From: Eledone cirrhosa
Taxonomy: Eukaryota
Assembly (NCBI GenBank): GCA_964016885.1
Contig: OZ024742.1
Location: forward strand, 160,332,001 to 160,396,000
DNA: 64,000 nucleotides
Direction: 5' to 3'
Below the pieces are notes generated by a model. The model had not been told where the DNA came from and ran no database searches. It saw only the letters and a list, made by a program, of their open reading frames with translations. Below are positions 43,547-56,737 of this stretch, piece by piece. Both the position numbers and the translations under genes were made by a program. The stretch's first letter is position 1; each line of letters opens with the position of its first letter.

Positions 43547-44125
43547 CAGGCACACATATATATATGTACGTATCAGTTTAGCGAACACTTATTATAATGC
43601 TCGCTTTGTTCGTTTGTAAACAAACGGACAGCCTGCATTTATGCCGTACGGTGTTAAGGCAACCACGTCACCTTTTTGTTCAACACTGATACAGGAACGA
43701 TGTACTAGTTTCAAGCTTGTTAGCTATCGTCAGCACCGTATACCCTTCTGCCAGATGGTTGAACGTTCGAAAGTATATACTTTCCTTATGAAAATTAACG
43801 GCTGAGCAGCCTAATTTGCATATCGAGTGAGTTCAGTCGGCCAGGCGCACCGAAAACGATAAATTGGAATAGAATGAAACGAAATTTCATTTCTCACTCT
43901 TAGTACGGCACTTACTTAAATGTAAGTATGTATGTATACGTACATACATATATGTGTACAGACGTACAGTAGCATGCATATATTTATCTATATATATATA
44001 TATATATACATACAGACACACATATATATATGTACGTATCAGTTTAGCGAACATTTATTATAATGCTCGCTTTGTTCGTTTGTAAACAAACGGACAGTGT
44101 GTATACATACATACTTACATATATA
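43543..44125 (-). mobile_element. Family A second locus, circularly permuted, ~1.2 units
   Basis: CATACAG.CACACATATATATATGTACGTATCAGTTTAGCG at 43543 and ~44009; same body as 36540-36970. Confidence 0.8.
43698..43738 (-). ncRNA. Minimal type I hammerhead ribozyme (intact)
   Basis: rc CGGTG CTGACGA TAGCT AACA AGCTT GAAA CTAG TA CATCG. Confidence 0.85.
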
Positions 44126-44179
44126 TATATAATGAAATGACAGGAGGCTGGATTTGTGTAAATCCTTGAAAGGTTTATT

Positions 44180-44237
44180 ATACTATGATCATTTCAATGA
44201 CCGGGTTCCGTATGAATCCGGTGATATCATCAGGTAT
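44180..44237 (-). ncRNA. Minimal type I hammerhead ribozyme
   Basis: Mirror of 46695-46752. Confidence 0.85.
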
Positions 44238-44945
44238 TCGAAATATAATACGTGAATGTAATAGATAGAATCCATGGGGCTGAAAATCGAGGACCCGAGG
44301 GCGACCGCTATTCTGCTCCTTCAACCTCAGCCGGTGGCCCTCGAGTGACGTGGCTAAAGTTTACAGTGTGCTACTACCGGTCAGATAAACGAAAACAGAA
44401 AGGGATGGGAACATAAGTTAGCGTCAACTCATGCCACAAGATAAAAGAAAGAAAGAAAGAAAGGAAGGAGAGAGAAGAAGGGGGAAGGAAGAAAAGAAGC
44501 CAGGGTTAATGTCAGCTATAAGAAGAAAGATAACTACTACCGGTCAGATATAGGCAAACAAAAGGGGGAAGGAAGATAAGTCTGCGGGAGGAAGACAGGA
44601 GGAGGGGAGAAGAGAAGGAAGAGAAGGGAGAAGTAGAAAAGTTAGGGTTGATGGCTACAAGAAGGAAGATAGAAAGAAAGAGGGAGAAAGGTCGATATTA
44701 ATGTCAGACCACAGTCAGGCCAGGAGTGGCGCGAGAAAATGTTCACAAGGACCCGCACCTTAACAGAGGTGAATATATTGGGGGTCAGTGTGTTACAATG
44801 TTTAGACTTATAGGATGAAGTTAAAAACTTAATAATCAATATTCAATATCAAAGAGGTTAGAAAATTCAAAGTCAAACAGTTTAACATTTTCTGGTTGAT
44901 ATATCTAATGGTTCCGATTTGATCTGTAATTTAAAGGTACTATGT

Positions 44946-45590
44946 ACTTTTCCACGTATTCTACCTCTATACATCCATGCACTTTTTACTTCCCTTATTT
45001 GGACTTTTACTCGCGTGTACCCTTAGCACCCGACACTGGAATATCTCCCCCTGGGAACATAACATAAATACTGCAACCTGAACTATATTGTATTTCTCCT
45101 GTGTCTTGAACTCTCCATTTACTAGACAACGACTCTTGTTTGTTTATTTATATCTTTACATCTTTATTTGCTGTATTAATGCTTTTCCACGTACTCTACC
45201 TCTATACATCCATGTACTTTTTACTTCCCTTACTCGGACTTCTACTCGCGTGTACCCTTAGCACACGACACTGGAATGTCTCCCCCCGGGAACATTAATA
45301 CTGCAACCTGAACTATATTGTACTTCTACTATGTCTTGTTTTCTCCATCTTACTCCAACACCACTCTTGTTGGTTTATTTACATATTTATACCTATATAT
45401 TGATATGTTTATATATTTATACCTTTGCTTTACCAATGTGCTCTTCCACGTATTCCACTTCTATGTATCCATGTATTTCTACTCCTCACATTGGGACCTG
45501 TACCCATTAGCACACGACACTAGAATGTCTCCTCCTGAGAACAAAAATAAATATTACACGACTATATCCCGTACTCTACACCCCACTAGG
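44946..45590. repeat. Diverging ~235-260 bp tandem repeat (~2.5 copies) in element interior
   Basis: TTCCACGTA.TCTACCTCTATACATCCATG...CTTAGCAC.CGACACT.GAAT recurs at ~44950, 45185, 45445. Confidence 0.8.
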
Positions 45591-46694
45591 ATAAATTACA
45601 GATCTACATAATACAATTAACGTTTCTTCATAAAATACACTCTTTAATTAAACCCCGCAACCCGAAACCTCATAGAAGTTTTTTTTAAATGTTTAATCTT
45701 CAATTTTCTGTTTGTTAAATTCTCAATCTTCTTACTCTTTAATTTTATAATGTTATTCTGAATTCTTTCAACTTCATCCTATAAAGTTAAGCAATATTTT
45801 AAGGTTCCAACTTTCTGTCGGACTGCTGGGTGGGTTTTAATGGCGGCGCAACCAGACCCCTGGCGCACGGGCTTACCTGGAGTGCTTGGAAAAATAAATT
45901 TCCCCTTCTTTCGGTAAATGAAAATACTCGGCGTAGCCTAATTCGCCCTGGGGCCCGGAGCGCGACCGGTGTTTTAACCGCCACATAGTACCTTTAAATT
46001 ACAGATCAAATCGGAACTATTAGATATATCAACCAGAAAATGTTAAACTGTTTGACTTTGAATTTTCTAACCTCTTTGATATTGAATATTGATTATTAAT
46101 TTTTTAACTTCATCCTATAAGTCTAAACATTGTAACACACTGACCCCCAATATATTCATCTCTGTTAAGGTGCGGGTCCCTGTGAACATTTTCTCGCGCC
46201 ACTCCTGGCCTGACTGTGGTCTGACATTAATATCGAACTTTCTCCCTCTTTCTTTCTATCTTCCTTCTTGTAGCTATCAACTCTTACTTTTCTACTTCTC
46301 CCTTCTCTTCCTTCTCTTCTCCCCTCCTCCTGTCTTCCCCCCCGCAGACTTATCTTCCTTCCCCCTTTTGTTTGCCTATATCTGACCGGTAGTAGTTGTC
46401 TTTCTTCTTATAGCTGACATTAACCCTGGCTTCTCTTCTTCTTCCTTCCCCCTTCTTCTCTCTCCTTCCTTTCTTTCTTTCTTTCTTTTATCTTGTGGCA
46501 TGAGTTGACGCTAACTTATGTTCCCATCCATTTCTGTTTTCGTTTATCTGACCGGTAGTAGCACACTGTAAACTTTAGCCACGTCACTCGAGGGCCACCG
46601 GCTGAGGTTGAAGGAGCAGAATAGCGGTCGCCCTCGGGTCCTCGATTTTCAGCCCCATGGATTTTATCTATTACATTCACGTATTATATTTCGA

Positions 46695-46752
46695 ATACCT
46701 GATGATATCACCGGATTCATACGGAACCCGGTCATTGAAATGATCATAGTAT
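46695..46752 (+). ncRNA. Minimal type I hammerhead ribozyme
   Basis: ATAC CTGATGA TATCACCGG...CCGGTCATT GAAA TGATCA TA GTAT. Confidence 0.85.
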
Positions 46753-46943
46753 AATAAACCTTTCAAGGATTTACACAAATCCAGCCTCCTGTCATTTCAT
46801 TATAATATTTAACTCCGTAATAGCACCTTCAACTACAAAAACAAAGACGGTTGAACTGCTTTACATTGAGTACTCTCTATATTATTACATTACGATTGAC
46901 CATACGGAATAGACCAGCTCTATACAGTGGTGAACCTCAAACC

Positions 46944-46980
<37 letters not shown>

Positions 46981-46987
<7 letters not shown>

Positions 46988-47422
46988 TAAACAAATAATG
47001 AATAAACAATGAAACAGTTCCTTATATTAAACAAAAAAAGTTCATTATTTAACGATCATTTCTAGGATATATATGTGTTAGAATTGGCATGCATATTCAA
47101 CAGATCTATGTACAAAATTATACAAAATTATACAAACTATCAAGATTAAATATACATACCAACACATATATACGCCGTCTTCAGAAATAATGAAAAAAAA
47201 AAAAAAAAAAAAAAAAAAGAAGACGGCGTATATATGTGTTGGTATGTATATTTAATCTTGATAGTTTGTATAATTTTGTATAATTTTGTACATAGATCTG
47301 TTGAATATGCATGCCAATTCTAACACATATATATCCTAGAAACGATCGTTAAATAATGAACTTTTTTTGTTTAATATAAGGAACTGTTTCATTGTTTATT
47401 CATTATTTGTTTAATATTTTAT
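46981..47422. mobile_element. ~200 bp-arm palindrome with central poly(A), HHR-bearing
   Basis: 46981-47182 is rc of 47219-47422. Confidence 0.85.
47041..47194 (-). ncRNA. Type I hammerhead with 10 bp stem I and long stem II
   Basis: rc TTCATTATTT CTGAAGA CGGCGTATATATGTGTT...AACACATATATATCCTA GAAA TGATCG TT AAATAATGAA. Confidence 0.8.
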
Positions 47423-47551
47423 CTTGACTCTGTATACCGTTTATCTTTCACCGAAAGTGATTTTTCATTACATCTCTTCTTTCCATGATATCCGGAATAC
47501 ATTGAGTTCTTCATACGGATTGGACACTACCGTAAACTCTTGGTAGATTTA

Positions 47552-47687
<136 letters not shown>

Positions 47688-47736
47688 AGACGTAAAATAA
47701 GAAAATTATAAAATTAACTTACTTACTAAAATATTA

Positions 47737-47821
47737 CTTCCAACTACTTAGTTTCTGGAATGGAGTAAATATATTTTCCGAAGAATAATATATATAGAAA
47801 AGCATTCCGTCGTCAGGAAAG
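47737..47821 (-). ncRNA. Type I hammerhead ribozyme
   Basis: rc CTTTC CTGACGA CGGAATG...CATTCCA GAAA CTAAGTAG TT GGAAG. Confidence 0.8.
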
Positions 47822-48360
47822 TCTATTCTCATGTAAGTTTCCAGGCAAAGCGAGGACACTGGAAACTTATTAAAAAATAATTCAGTGGATAGGAAATAGC
47901 GAAGCGTGGACTGAATTCCAAGCCATTGAGAAAATCACTGCCTCTACGTCTGTGGCAAATTCAAAAAGAATCGAACACGTGACATCGAGGTCAATCAGTG
48001 GAAAGTGGTTTGCTAATAAGACAGCGGCCTGCCTACAACCGTAGCAGCAGTCATGGCCAATATTGCTCGACAAATAATTTGGAGATAATAATAAAGAATT
48101 CATATCTAGTAACATATATATACATACAGATGTATATCAATGCTAGCTAAATATATAGGTTTTGTCTTAATAACAGTGTGGTTCAATGCATGGGGTTGCA
48201 GAACAATAATATAAGAGACGTAAAATAAGAAAATTATAAAATTAACTTACTTACTAAAATATCACTTCCAACTAATTAGTTTCTATTTCCTATCCACTGA
48301 ATTATTTTTTAATAAGTTTCCAGTGTCCTCGCTTTGCCTGGAAACTTACATGAGAATAGA

Positions 48361-48443
48361 CTTTCCTGACGACGGAATGCTTTTCGATATATTATTCTTC
48401 GGAAAATATATTTACTCCATTCCAGAAATTAATTAGTTGGAAG
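48361..48443 (+). ncRNA. Type I hammerhead ribozyme (inverted copy)
   Basis: CTTTC CTGACGA CGGAATG...CATTCCA GAAA TTAATTAG TT GGAAG. Confidence 0.8.
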
Positions 48444-48597
48444 TGATATTTTAGTAAGTAAGTTAATTTTATAATTTTCTTATTTTACGTCTCTTATATT
48501 ATTGTTCTGCAACCCCATGCATTGAACCACACTGTTATTAAGACAAAACCTATATATTTGCTAGCATTGATATACATCTGTATGTATATATATGTTA

Positions 48598-49080
48598 CGG
48601 CTTCTGAGAGGGTGGATCAACCGCCAGTCACATCCTGATGCTGAGGAGGATATTAGAGGTAGATAGAGCAAAGTGCCTTCCTGTGGTCATGTTTTTCATT
48701 GACTTTAGGAAGGCCTTTGATTGCGTGGACTATCACTGCCTGATGAAGATCTTAGAGGCTTATGGAATCCCCAAGAAGATAGTGGACCTGATATCATTGC
48801 TCTACACCAACACCAAAGCCCAAGTCATTACACCTGATGGGATGACAGAGTTCTTTGCGATACTGGCTGGAGTGCTCCAGGAAGATACATTGGCTCCCTA
48901 CCTTTTTATCATCGTAGTGGACTATTGTATGCGCCTTGCGCTGGAGAAATACCAGGACTCTGGCTTTACTGTAACACCGGCTCAGAGCAGGAGAGTTAAG
49001 GCGAAAAAGATATCGGATGCTGAATTTGCCGACGACATAGTTTTGGTGACAAATACAGTGAAGGAGGCAGCGGAGGGGAC
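48598..49080 (+). mobile_element. RTE LINE RT fragment (different subfamily)
   Basis: FIDFRKAFDCV, GVLQEDTLAPYLF, EFADDIVL. Confidence 0.88.
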
Positions 49081-49203
49081 AGCGTGTATTTTTTCTTTGA
49101 GCGAACTGCTGGAATCTAATCTACCAGTCTCTTCTTAGCGCTGAGGGAGACCATCACCATTCTGTTAATGTCGATATAATTCTTATATCGTTATTGACTC
49201 GGC

Positions 49204-49430
49204 ATCCACTGATGAGTTTATAAGAGCCCGCTTGTGTATAAAACTATGGATTATATACAAGTTTCTACATAACCTGGAAATTATTTATCCCAAATTGTGG
49301 AAATCTTATAAGGAAACGGCCGTCTGGAAGAAATGGGATATTTATTTAATAATCTCTCATATAAAATAATACAACCAATTATCCCCGAAATACTGATTAG
49401 TTAGCACCCCAAACACTAAATTAGGATAAT
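49204..49430 (+). mobile_element. Degenerate HHR-like pLTR fragment
   Basis: ATCCA CTGATGA ... AAAAC TA TGGAT (G12 lost); diverged inverted homologue at ~29370-29600. Confidence 0.5.
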
Positions 49431-49506
49431 ACTTACGTATATCCTAATGTTTGTTGAGTGAGATGGAGTTGGTCGGAGTATCGCTTAAGGCTTTCTCTGT
49501 TTATGT

Positions 49507-49546
<40 letters not shown>

Positions 49547-49559
49547 CATGCATACACAG

Positions 49560-49673
<114 letters not shown>

Positions 49674-50046
49674 TGCATACACAGACACACACATACACAT
49701 ATATATATATATATAATATAGATGCATACACAGACACACACATACACATATATATATATAAAAAATATATACGCGTGTTTTGATAGTAGATATAAAACAA
49801 GAAAATATCGCGCCTTTGTGGTTTAATAAATGTAGATGTACAATTTTATGTTCTTGTCGTTAGGAAGAAATACCACTGTTTATATACATTTAGTTATACA
49901 TATGTACGTAAAACATCGCAATAAATATATCCATAAACATACCGACAAATGTACACCTATATGTATCAACATCACTATCATCATCAAAAACGTTCGTATT
50001 CCCTGCTAGCAAGGGTTGGGAGGGTCGACACATACACACAATCACG

Positions 50047-50139
<93 letters not shown>

Positions 50140-50230
50140 TCATATATATACATATACATATATGTATATGTACATATTCATATATATATATATATTTATT
50201 TATATATATACACACACACACACACATACA

Positions 50231-50355
<125 letters not shown>

Positions 50356-50814
50356 TGTATATATACGCACAGATAACATACACAAGCCCACACGAGACCA
50401 CCACGCATTTACTACACCACTTTCCACACACATATCGTTCCTCTAAGTTTTTTTTTTTCGCTCTTATTGTGTTTTAGAGGCTGGTTTTATTTTCAGATAC
50501 AGATCTTGTATTTTATGCTGTTCTACCGGTTGCCTGCTTTCCCCTTTCATGTTATTTGGTCGGTTCCGGTCTGTTGGAGGAAATTGTCGTTACAGTCGGT
50601 ACCTTTTGTGAAACCGAATATCCGATTCTACATAATTTATACAAGAATGTTCAACATTCCTACGTTCTCCATCGATATAGCTTTTTTTTAAAGAATTGAC
50701 CGCAATTCTTTCACATTAATGATTGACAATAATTCTTTTAAAATAGTCGTTTAGAGTTCAAGCCACAGCAGTTATAGCAATTTAACTACGCTTACCTTCG
50801 TGAGTAATGTATGT

Positions 50815-53640
50815 ATGTTATTTCTTTCTATTAATTTTGAGTTCATTTTTGATAGGCCACCTTCCCGGTGGCAGGGTTGTACAAAAGGGAATTGTTGTCT
50901 TCACTTGTGTAAGCATTTTGGAGGTTCCAGATATTGCGGCCATTTGTAGCTTTATGAATCACGGAGCGACATTCTTTCTCCACAACTCAGTTATACTTAG
51001 GTCCAGGTGGATTGATATATAACCTTCAGCTCCAATAATGACAGGTATGAAGCTGAACGTGTATCTTGGATACTGGATCTGCAATCTCCTTATCAATTAT
51101 CCGTACATGTCATCCCTCTCTTGTATTTTTCTTACCTCATTGACATCAAGTAGCTAGCTAATCTTTACAACAGAGCATGTTTTTAATGTGTGGTATAAAA
51201 AAAAACGAAATATCAGGCTGGTTGTGTTTTAATTTTGTGGCAGTTTTTATTTTTAGGGTCCACCAGTCTTCATTTAAGCCGTCAGTATCATCCTATTCCT
51301 CCCTACTTGATTTTATTTTCGTCTTCCTTGATGCATTCCAGAACGTTCTAGCTACCGCGTCATGCTTTATGGAGATGTATTAACGAGATTAAATTCTTTC
51401 ACAGTTGGCAATAATGAGCTAACATCTTCAATATTTGTTTTGCACAGTCTATTTGTTTTGTCTCAAGTACCCTTGTGCAACATTCTCAGTGAATTGGTCC
51501 ATTTTTTTAATTTTTTGTTCGAGCATTGAATAGAGTCTTTCAATGTTCCTGGGAAAGAGATTTGTATCATGTTTTATTTCGTGTCTCTCCTCCAGATCAG
51601 TAGCTATCCTAATGATATTATTTTCATGCTCATAAATCTGGGTAAGATGGCTGCTGACCTTTTTCTTCTGTTGAAGATGTTGCCTCAGTGTTAGTATCCG
51701 GGTCTCTTGTGATGTTAATATATATTTTAGGCCCTGGTCACCCTCCTTGTGTGAGAAATATAGCTTATCCATATCACTATTGATGTTAAAGTTTACAGTA
51801 GAACTGAGCAGCTCGCGAGTCCTTACATCCATCTCACTTAATTCTTCCAATGACCAGTTCAGCAGACCAAATGTTGGCATTAATATGGACACAGGAAAAG
51901 TATTATGGAGAATGTGTTTGTTGTACGCTGAGAATGTGTTTGTTGTATCCTGTTTATTCTCCTGAGTTATTCATTCCTGGTCCTCTCCTTATTCTCATAT
52001 ATCCATCATATCTGACATTCTCATCCTGTCCATGATACCTATAATTGTCATCTGACTGTAACAGTTGTATCGTCAAGCGGTTCATTTTTATGTTTTCAGA
52101 GAAGGGCAGAACTTTTCCACGTTTTATTGTCAAAAATAAACATTTGGACTTACCAAATTTCAATCCAATGTCTGTAGAAATTTGGGTAATGAGGCCCAAT
52201 TGTTTTTATGTGGTTGGTATCCATACAATTTCAGGTCGTTGACGAAGAGAAGATGGGAGATATTGCTGGATTCATTTAATGACCACTATGTTTTGTGAGC
52301 AGGTATGATAGTGGGTTTAATGACAGGACAAAGACCAGCACTGATTAGCTAACATCCTGGATGATATTTTTTTGAGAGTATGTGATATCAGACTAAATTT
52401 TCTCCTTATGACCCCTGAGGTGCAAAATGGTGTAACAAGTCTTTGTCAGGCGTTCGATAGCAGCTATGAGTGGTTGTATGTCTTTGGCTAACTGTAAAGT
52501 CTTGATAATCCACTCATGTGGTACATAATCATAAGCCTTCTGGTAGTCCAGCTACACCACTATCAAGTTTCTGTGATTTTTTACTTTTTTTTCTTAGATC
52601 ATTTTATTAAATAGCTGTTCTATACAGCCCCACATCTCCTTCTTTCCTTCAGCTTGCTCAGGTATTACAATGTTGTTGGTGACACACTGGTTCTGCAAGA
52701 ACAGATTGAGGTACCCAGACTATAATTTGTACATGATTTTCTGGCATATGATTGGGCGATGATTTTTAACGAGGATGGTTGGCTATTTTGGGGGATGAGG
52801 TGAGTAGTGGCAGTTGATAACCATTAGGGCAATTCTTGTGTGCCTTTAATACTTTCTGCTTACAATCGTATGAGATCTTGCCAATAAAAGGTGAAATTTT
52901 TCCCGCCAGTAACCTGTTCTGAGGTCTGGGTTTCCTGTTTGACATTTTCTGTAGAGCTGTTTCCAGTATTGCACCATCTATTTCGTATTACTTTAGATTG
53001 CTGGGAGAAGTCCTGCTCCAGTTCTTTTAGCCATACATGTTTATTGAATTCATCACATGTTTGTGGACCTGTTGAAACATATCTCAGATCACTTGTAAGA
53101 TGTCCACCAGATTTTGGTGTTCTTCTGTTTGTAGAGTAGAGATATGGATTTAAACTAAATTGTTGCTGTGTTGTTTACTGCTGGATTTAGCTGACTATTC
53201 TGTCTGGTAAATAAAGAAAGATATCTTCAATGGTTGACTTTTATAGTGCCAGCTTGCTTTGAATCAGACAGTTCCGTTAATTGTATGAAATTACAATCTA
53301 ATGATACATTTTGCTTATTCTTTTAAATGTTTTATGGCGGAAAATCTAATTCTAGTGTTTGGACTCCCACCAATTTTTTAGCCTTTGTATTAAGGCTTCA
53401 GCACGGTTGTATTGTTGCTAAAGCTCATACGAATATAGGTTTAATTGGCATCATACGAATTTGCGTCGCTTCGGAGGATTCTCGGGTGTTTTAATGAAAG
53501 AGGCTTCTTGACTATCATGTTGTTACAGGTCACACCTATGTAGGTTTACGAAGATCATCGAAAAAGAGGTATCTTGGGTGTTTCGTTATAAGGGCCTGCG
53601 TTACATTATGATGAAGTATCTTGTTCAAGAACACATCACG
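50815..53640 (-). mobile_element. R4/Dong-clade RLE non-LTR retrotransposon, decayed
   Basis: DYQKAYDYVPH, DIGLKFGKSKC, FGLLNWS..DVRTR..NSDMDKLY..GDQGL, HNQPDI, FIPVIIGAEG, LQMAAISGT. Confidence 0.85.
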
Positions 53641-54008
53641 TGTTGACTGATGTCTGACAGAATATTAAAACCAGAGAATTTGTCAATTTCCTCTTCTATT
53701 TCTAGCTTACCTAACGTGTAAGGCAACTATCAATGGGATGAAGTCTCTTGCTCAAGAACACATGGCACCACCCGGTGGCGGAATTGATACTACAATATTA
53801 TGATTGAGAGTCCAACACCATAAACACTTAGCCACATCTTTCCCGATAAAGATATTACCAGAAAATGACCGGTATTGGTGAGACCGGGCAGGAAGAGGCT
53901 GTTGCTATCTTACGAAGTCATTCTTTTACTTTATTCACTGGTATAATTTATCACTTCATTTCAACGACATGCTCTATTTCTATCTTTCCACACATTACAC
54001 CAAATTTT

Positions 54009-54054
<46 letters not shown>

Positions 54055-54367
54055 AACACATGTACACATACATGCATACATACATATACATTTAGGCATG
54101 TATCCATCCATCCATACGTACATACATTGATACATGCAAAAATACACACATACATTCATCCATCCATACATACATACATACATACATACAGATATATATA
54201 CGTATATACTTAGACAAGCAAACACACACACAAACACATATATTTGGGTCTATGTATGTGCGTATGGCATGCGTATAAATATGTATGTATGTATGTGTGT
54301 ATGTATGTGTTTATGTATGCATGTATGTGTGTATGTATGTGTGTATGTATGTATGTATGTGTGCATG

Positions 54368-54605
54368 TTTTCTCTTTCTCTTAATTTCGAGTACATTTTT
54401 TTTGACCGGCCACCTTCCTAGTGGCAAGGCTGTAAAAGAAAAGAAATTGTCATCCCTTGAATCGCAAGAATGTTTTGCAAATTTTGAAGGTGCCAGCTAT
54501 CGCAGCCATTTGTAGACTATAAATTAGGGAGCTGCGCTTTTTGTCCGCAAATCCAATTTCAGTCATACTTTGGTCCAACCGGGTTGGTATATAACCCGTA
54601 GGACC
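54368..54605 (-). mobile_element. R4/Dong-like 3' fragment embedded in (TGTA)n
   Basis: GYIPTRL...LQMAAIAGTFKICKTFL; 3' UTR GCCACCTTCC.GTGGCA shared with ~50856-50873. Confidence 0.8.
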
Positions 54606-54606
54606 A

Positions 54607-55285
54607 TGTATGTATGTGTGTATGTGTGTGTGTATGTATGTGTGTATGTGTGTATGTATGTATGTGTGTATGTATGCGTGTGTGTATGTATGTATGCGTG
54701 TGTGTATGATGTATGCGTGTATGTATGTATATATGTATGTGTATGTATGTGTGTATGTGTGTATGTATGTGTGTATGTATGTATGTGTGTATGTATGTAT
54801 GTGTGTATGTGTGTGTGTATGTGTGTGTATGTATGTATGTGTGTATGTATGTATGTATGCGTGTGTGTATGTATGTATGCGTGTGTGTATGATGTATGCG
54901 TGTGTGTATGATGTATGCGTGTATGTATGTATATATGTATGTGTATGTATGTGTGTATGTATGTATGTGTGTATGTATGTATGTGTGTATGTATGTATGT
55001 GTGTATGTGTGTGTGTGTATGTATTTATGTGTGTATGTATGTATGTGTGTATGCATGCATGTGTGTGTGTATGTATGTATGAATTGATATATGTATGTAT
55101 GTATTGATATATGTATGTATGTATTGATATATGTATGCATGTATTGATATATGTATGCATGCATGTATTGATATATGTATGCATGCATGTATTGATATAT
55201 GTATGTATTGATATATGTATGTATATATTGATATATGTATGCATGCATGTATTGATATATGTATGCATGTATTGATATATGTATG
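54607..55285. repeat. Compound (TGTA)n/(TG)n and ATTGATATATGTATGC minisatellite
   Basis: Direct inspection. Confidence 0.95.
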
Positions 55286-55605
55286 TGAATGAGTTACTAA
55301 TGTCTATTTGTTGGAAGTGGAAATCCATCGTTCTGAGTCATTCTCACGCTATAGCCCGACACTTCCCCCCCCCCTGCTCTCTGTGGTGAGTGAGAATATG
55401 TGTATGATAGTTTATATGTGTATGTGCTGTATACCTAAAAATATATACATATATATATGTAAGAATATTTTCGAAACAGCGAGGGGGTTTGAAATTATTA
55501 GAAATGTAAGCTATCGCCGTATTTTGACTAAAGAAATTAAAGAAATTATTTAGCCTGATAGTGGGGTTAAGAACCCTCGGCGAAATGGAAAAAGATGAGT
55601 ATTGA

Positions 55606-55675
55606 CGTTCATGGGAGTCAAACCCACATCTTTGGTTATCCGGACCACTGTGCTACCATTTACACCAACACATCA
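55606..55675 (-). other. tRNA-like SINE head / tRNA pseudogene
   Basis: rc TGGTGTAAATGGTAGCAC...GTGGGTTTGACTCCCA (A and degenerate B box); poor acceptor stem. Confidence 0.45.
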
Positions 55676-55754
55676 CCCGTCTTTTTCCATTCAAATTAGA
55701 AGCTATAAACTTAGCGACTGTAATGTCAAGTAAGAATATTTTCGAAACAGCGGT

Positions 55755-55789
<35 letters not shown>

Positions 55790-55944
55790 ATGTGTGTGTG
55801 TATGTTTGTGTGTGTGTCTGTTATCAAAAATTCCGTATATGTGTATGTATTAACATTTGCTTATGTGTGTGCATTGTATATATGGATATATTAAATGTAT
55901 GCGTTATACACACGCACGCATGCGCGCGTGCACACACACACTCG

Positions 55945-55976
<32 letters not shown>

Positions 55977-56003
55977 GATATATATATCTTTCATAAAGAA
56001 AGG

Positions 56004-56090
56004 GCTTCTGTAGGACGATAACTGTTTCATTCGTATGAAATCATTCCTGATGATTTCATTCGAATGAAACAGTTCTAGTCCTGTAGAAGC
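56004..56090. ncRNA. Head-to-head compact hammerhead pair (+ copy intact)
   Basis: TTC CTGATGA TTTCATTCGAAT GAAA CAG TTCTAGTC CTG TA GAAGC, preceded by an inverted partial copy. Confidence 0.75.
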
Positions 56091-56650
56091 GATTTCTATA
56101 TTAAATAATGATATTTACACTCTACCAATGTATTGAGTACCTTTTAAACTGTGGTTACCTCCGATTTATCTCTGGATATATATGTATATATATGTATATA
56201 TATATATGTGTGTGCGTGTTTGTGCTAATAGTTGCCTTGGTGTTGCATTGTATATGTATATATGTGTTTGTTGATAGTTGCCTGCTTGTACGCGTTGGGT
56301 AAGTCACAGATAGAAGTGGAAAGTGACAAACTCTCTGGTTTTGATATTCCGTCAGCCATCAATCAACACATGATCATTCGTCACCGTTCAATTGTCCACT
56401 AATTTGTTCCAGTCAAATGTATGAAAGATCGGAAAATCTATGGTAGACAAAAAGAGCTGAAAAGCAACTATTGTCTTCGTTCGTGTCGTTTATAAATATA
56501 CAGGCGTAGGCATGTCTGTATCGTTAAGGATTTCGCTTCGCAACTTCGTGAATCTGGGCCACGTGATTTCTACTATAGCGTCGGATTGACCAACCATGGT
56601 GCTGATTCATGGGCCACGTATCGCAAACACATTATATAATTGTATAATCC

Positions 56651-56712
<62 letters not shown>

Positions 56713-56737
56713 CATAGAGAAAGGTAGATAGATAGAT

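Larger units (their letters stand above)
44128..46948. mobile_element. Non-autonomous PLE-like element with ~820 bp near-identical inverted arms
   Basis: 44128-44945 is rc of 45983-46804; HHR in each arm; (TA)n on both sides; no RT ORF. Confidence 0.85.
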
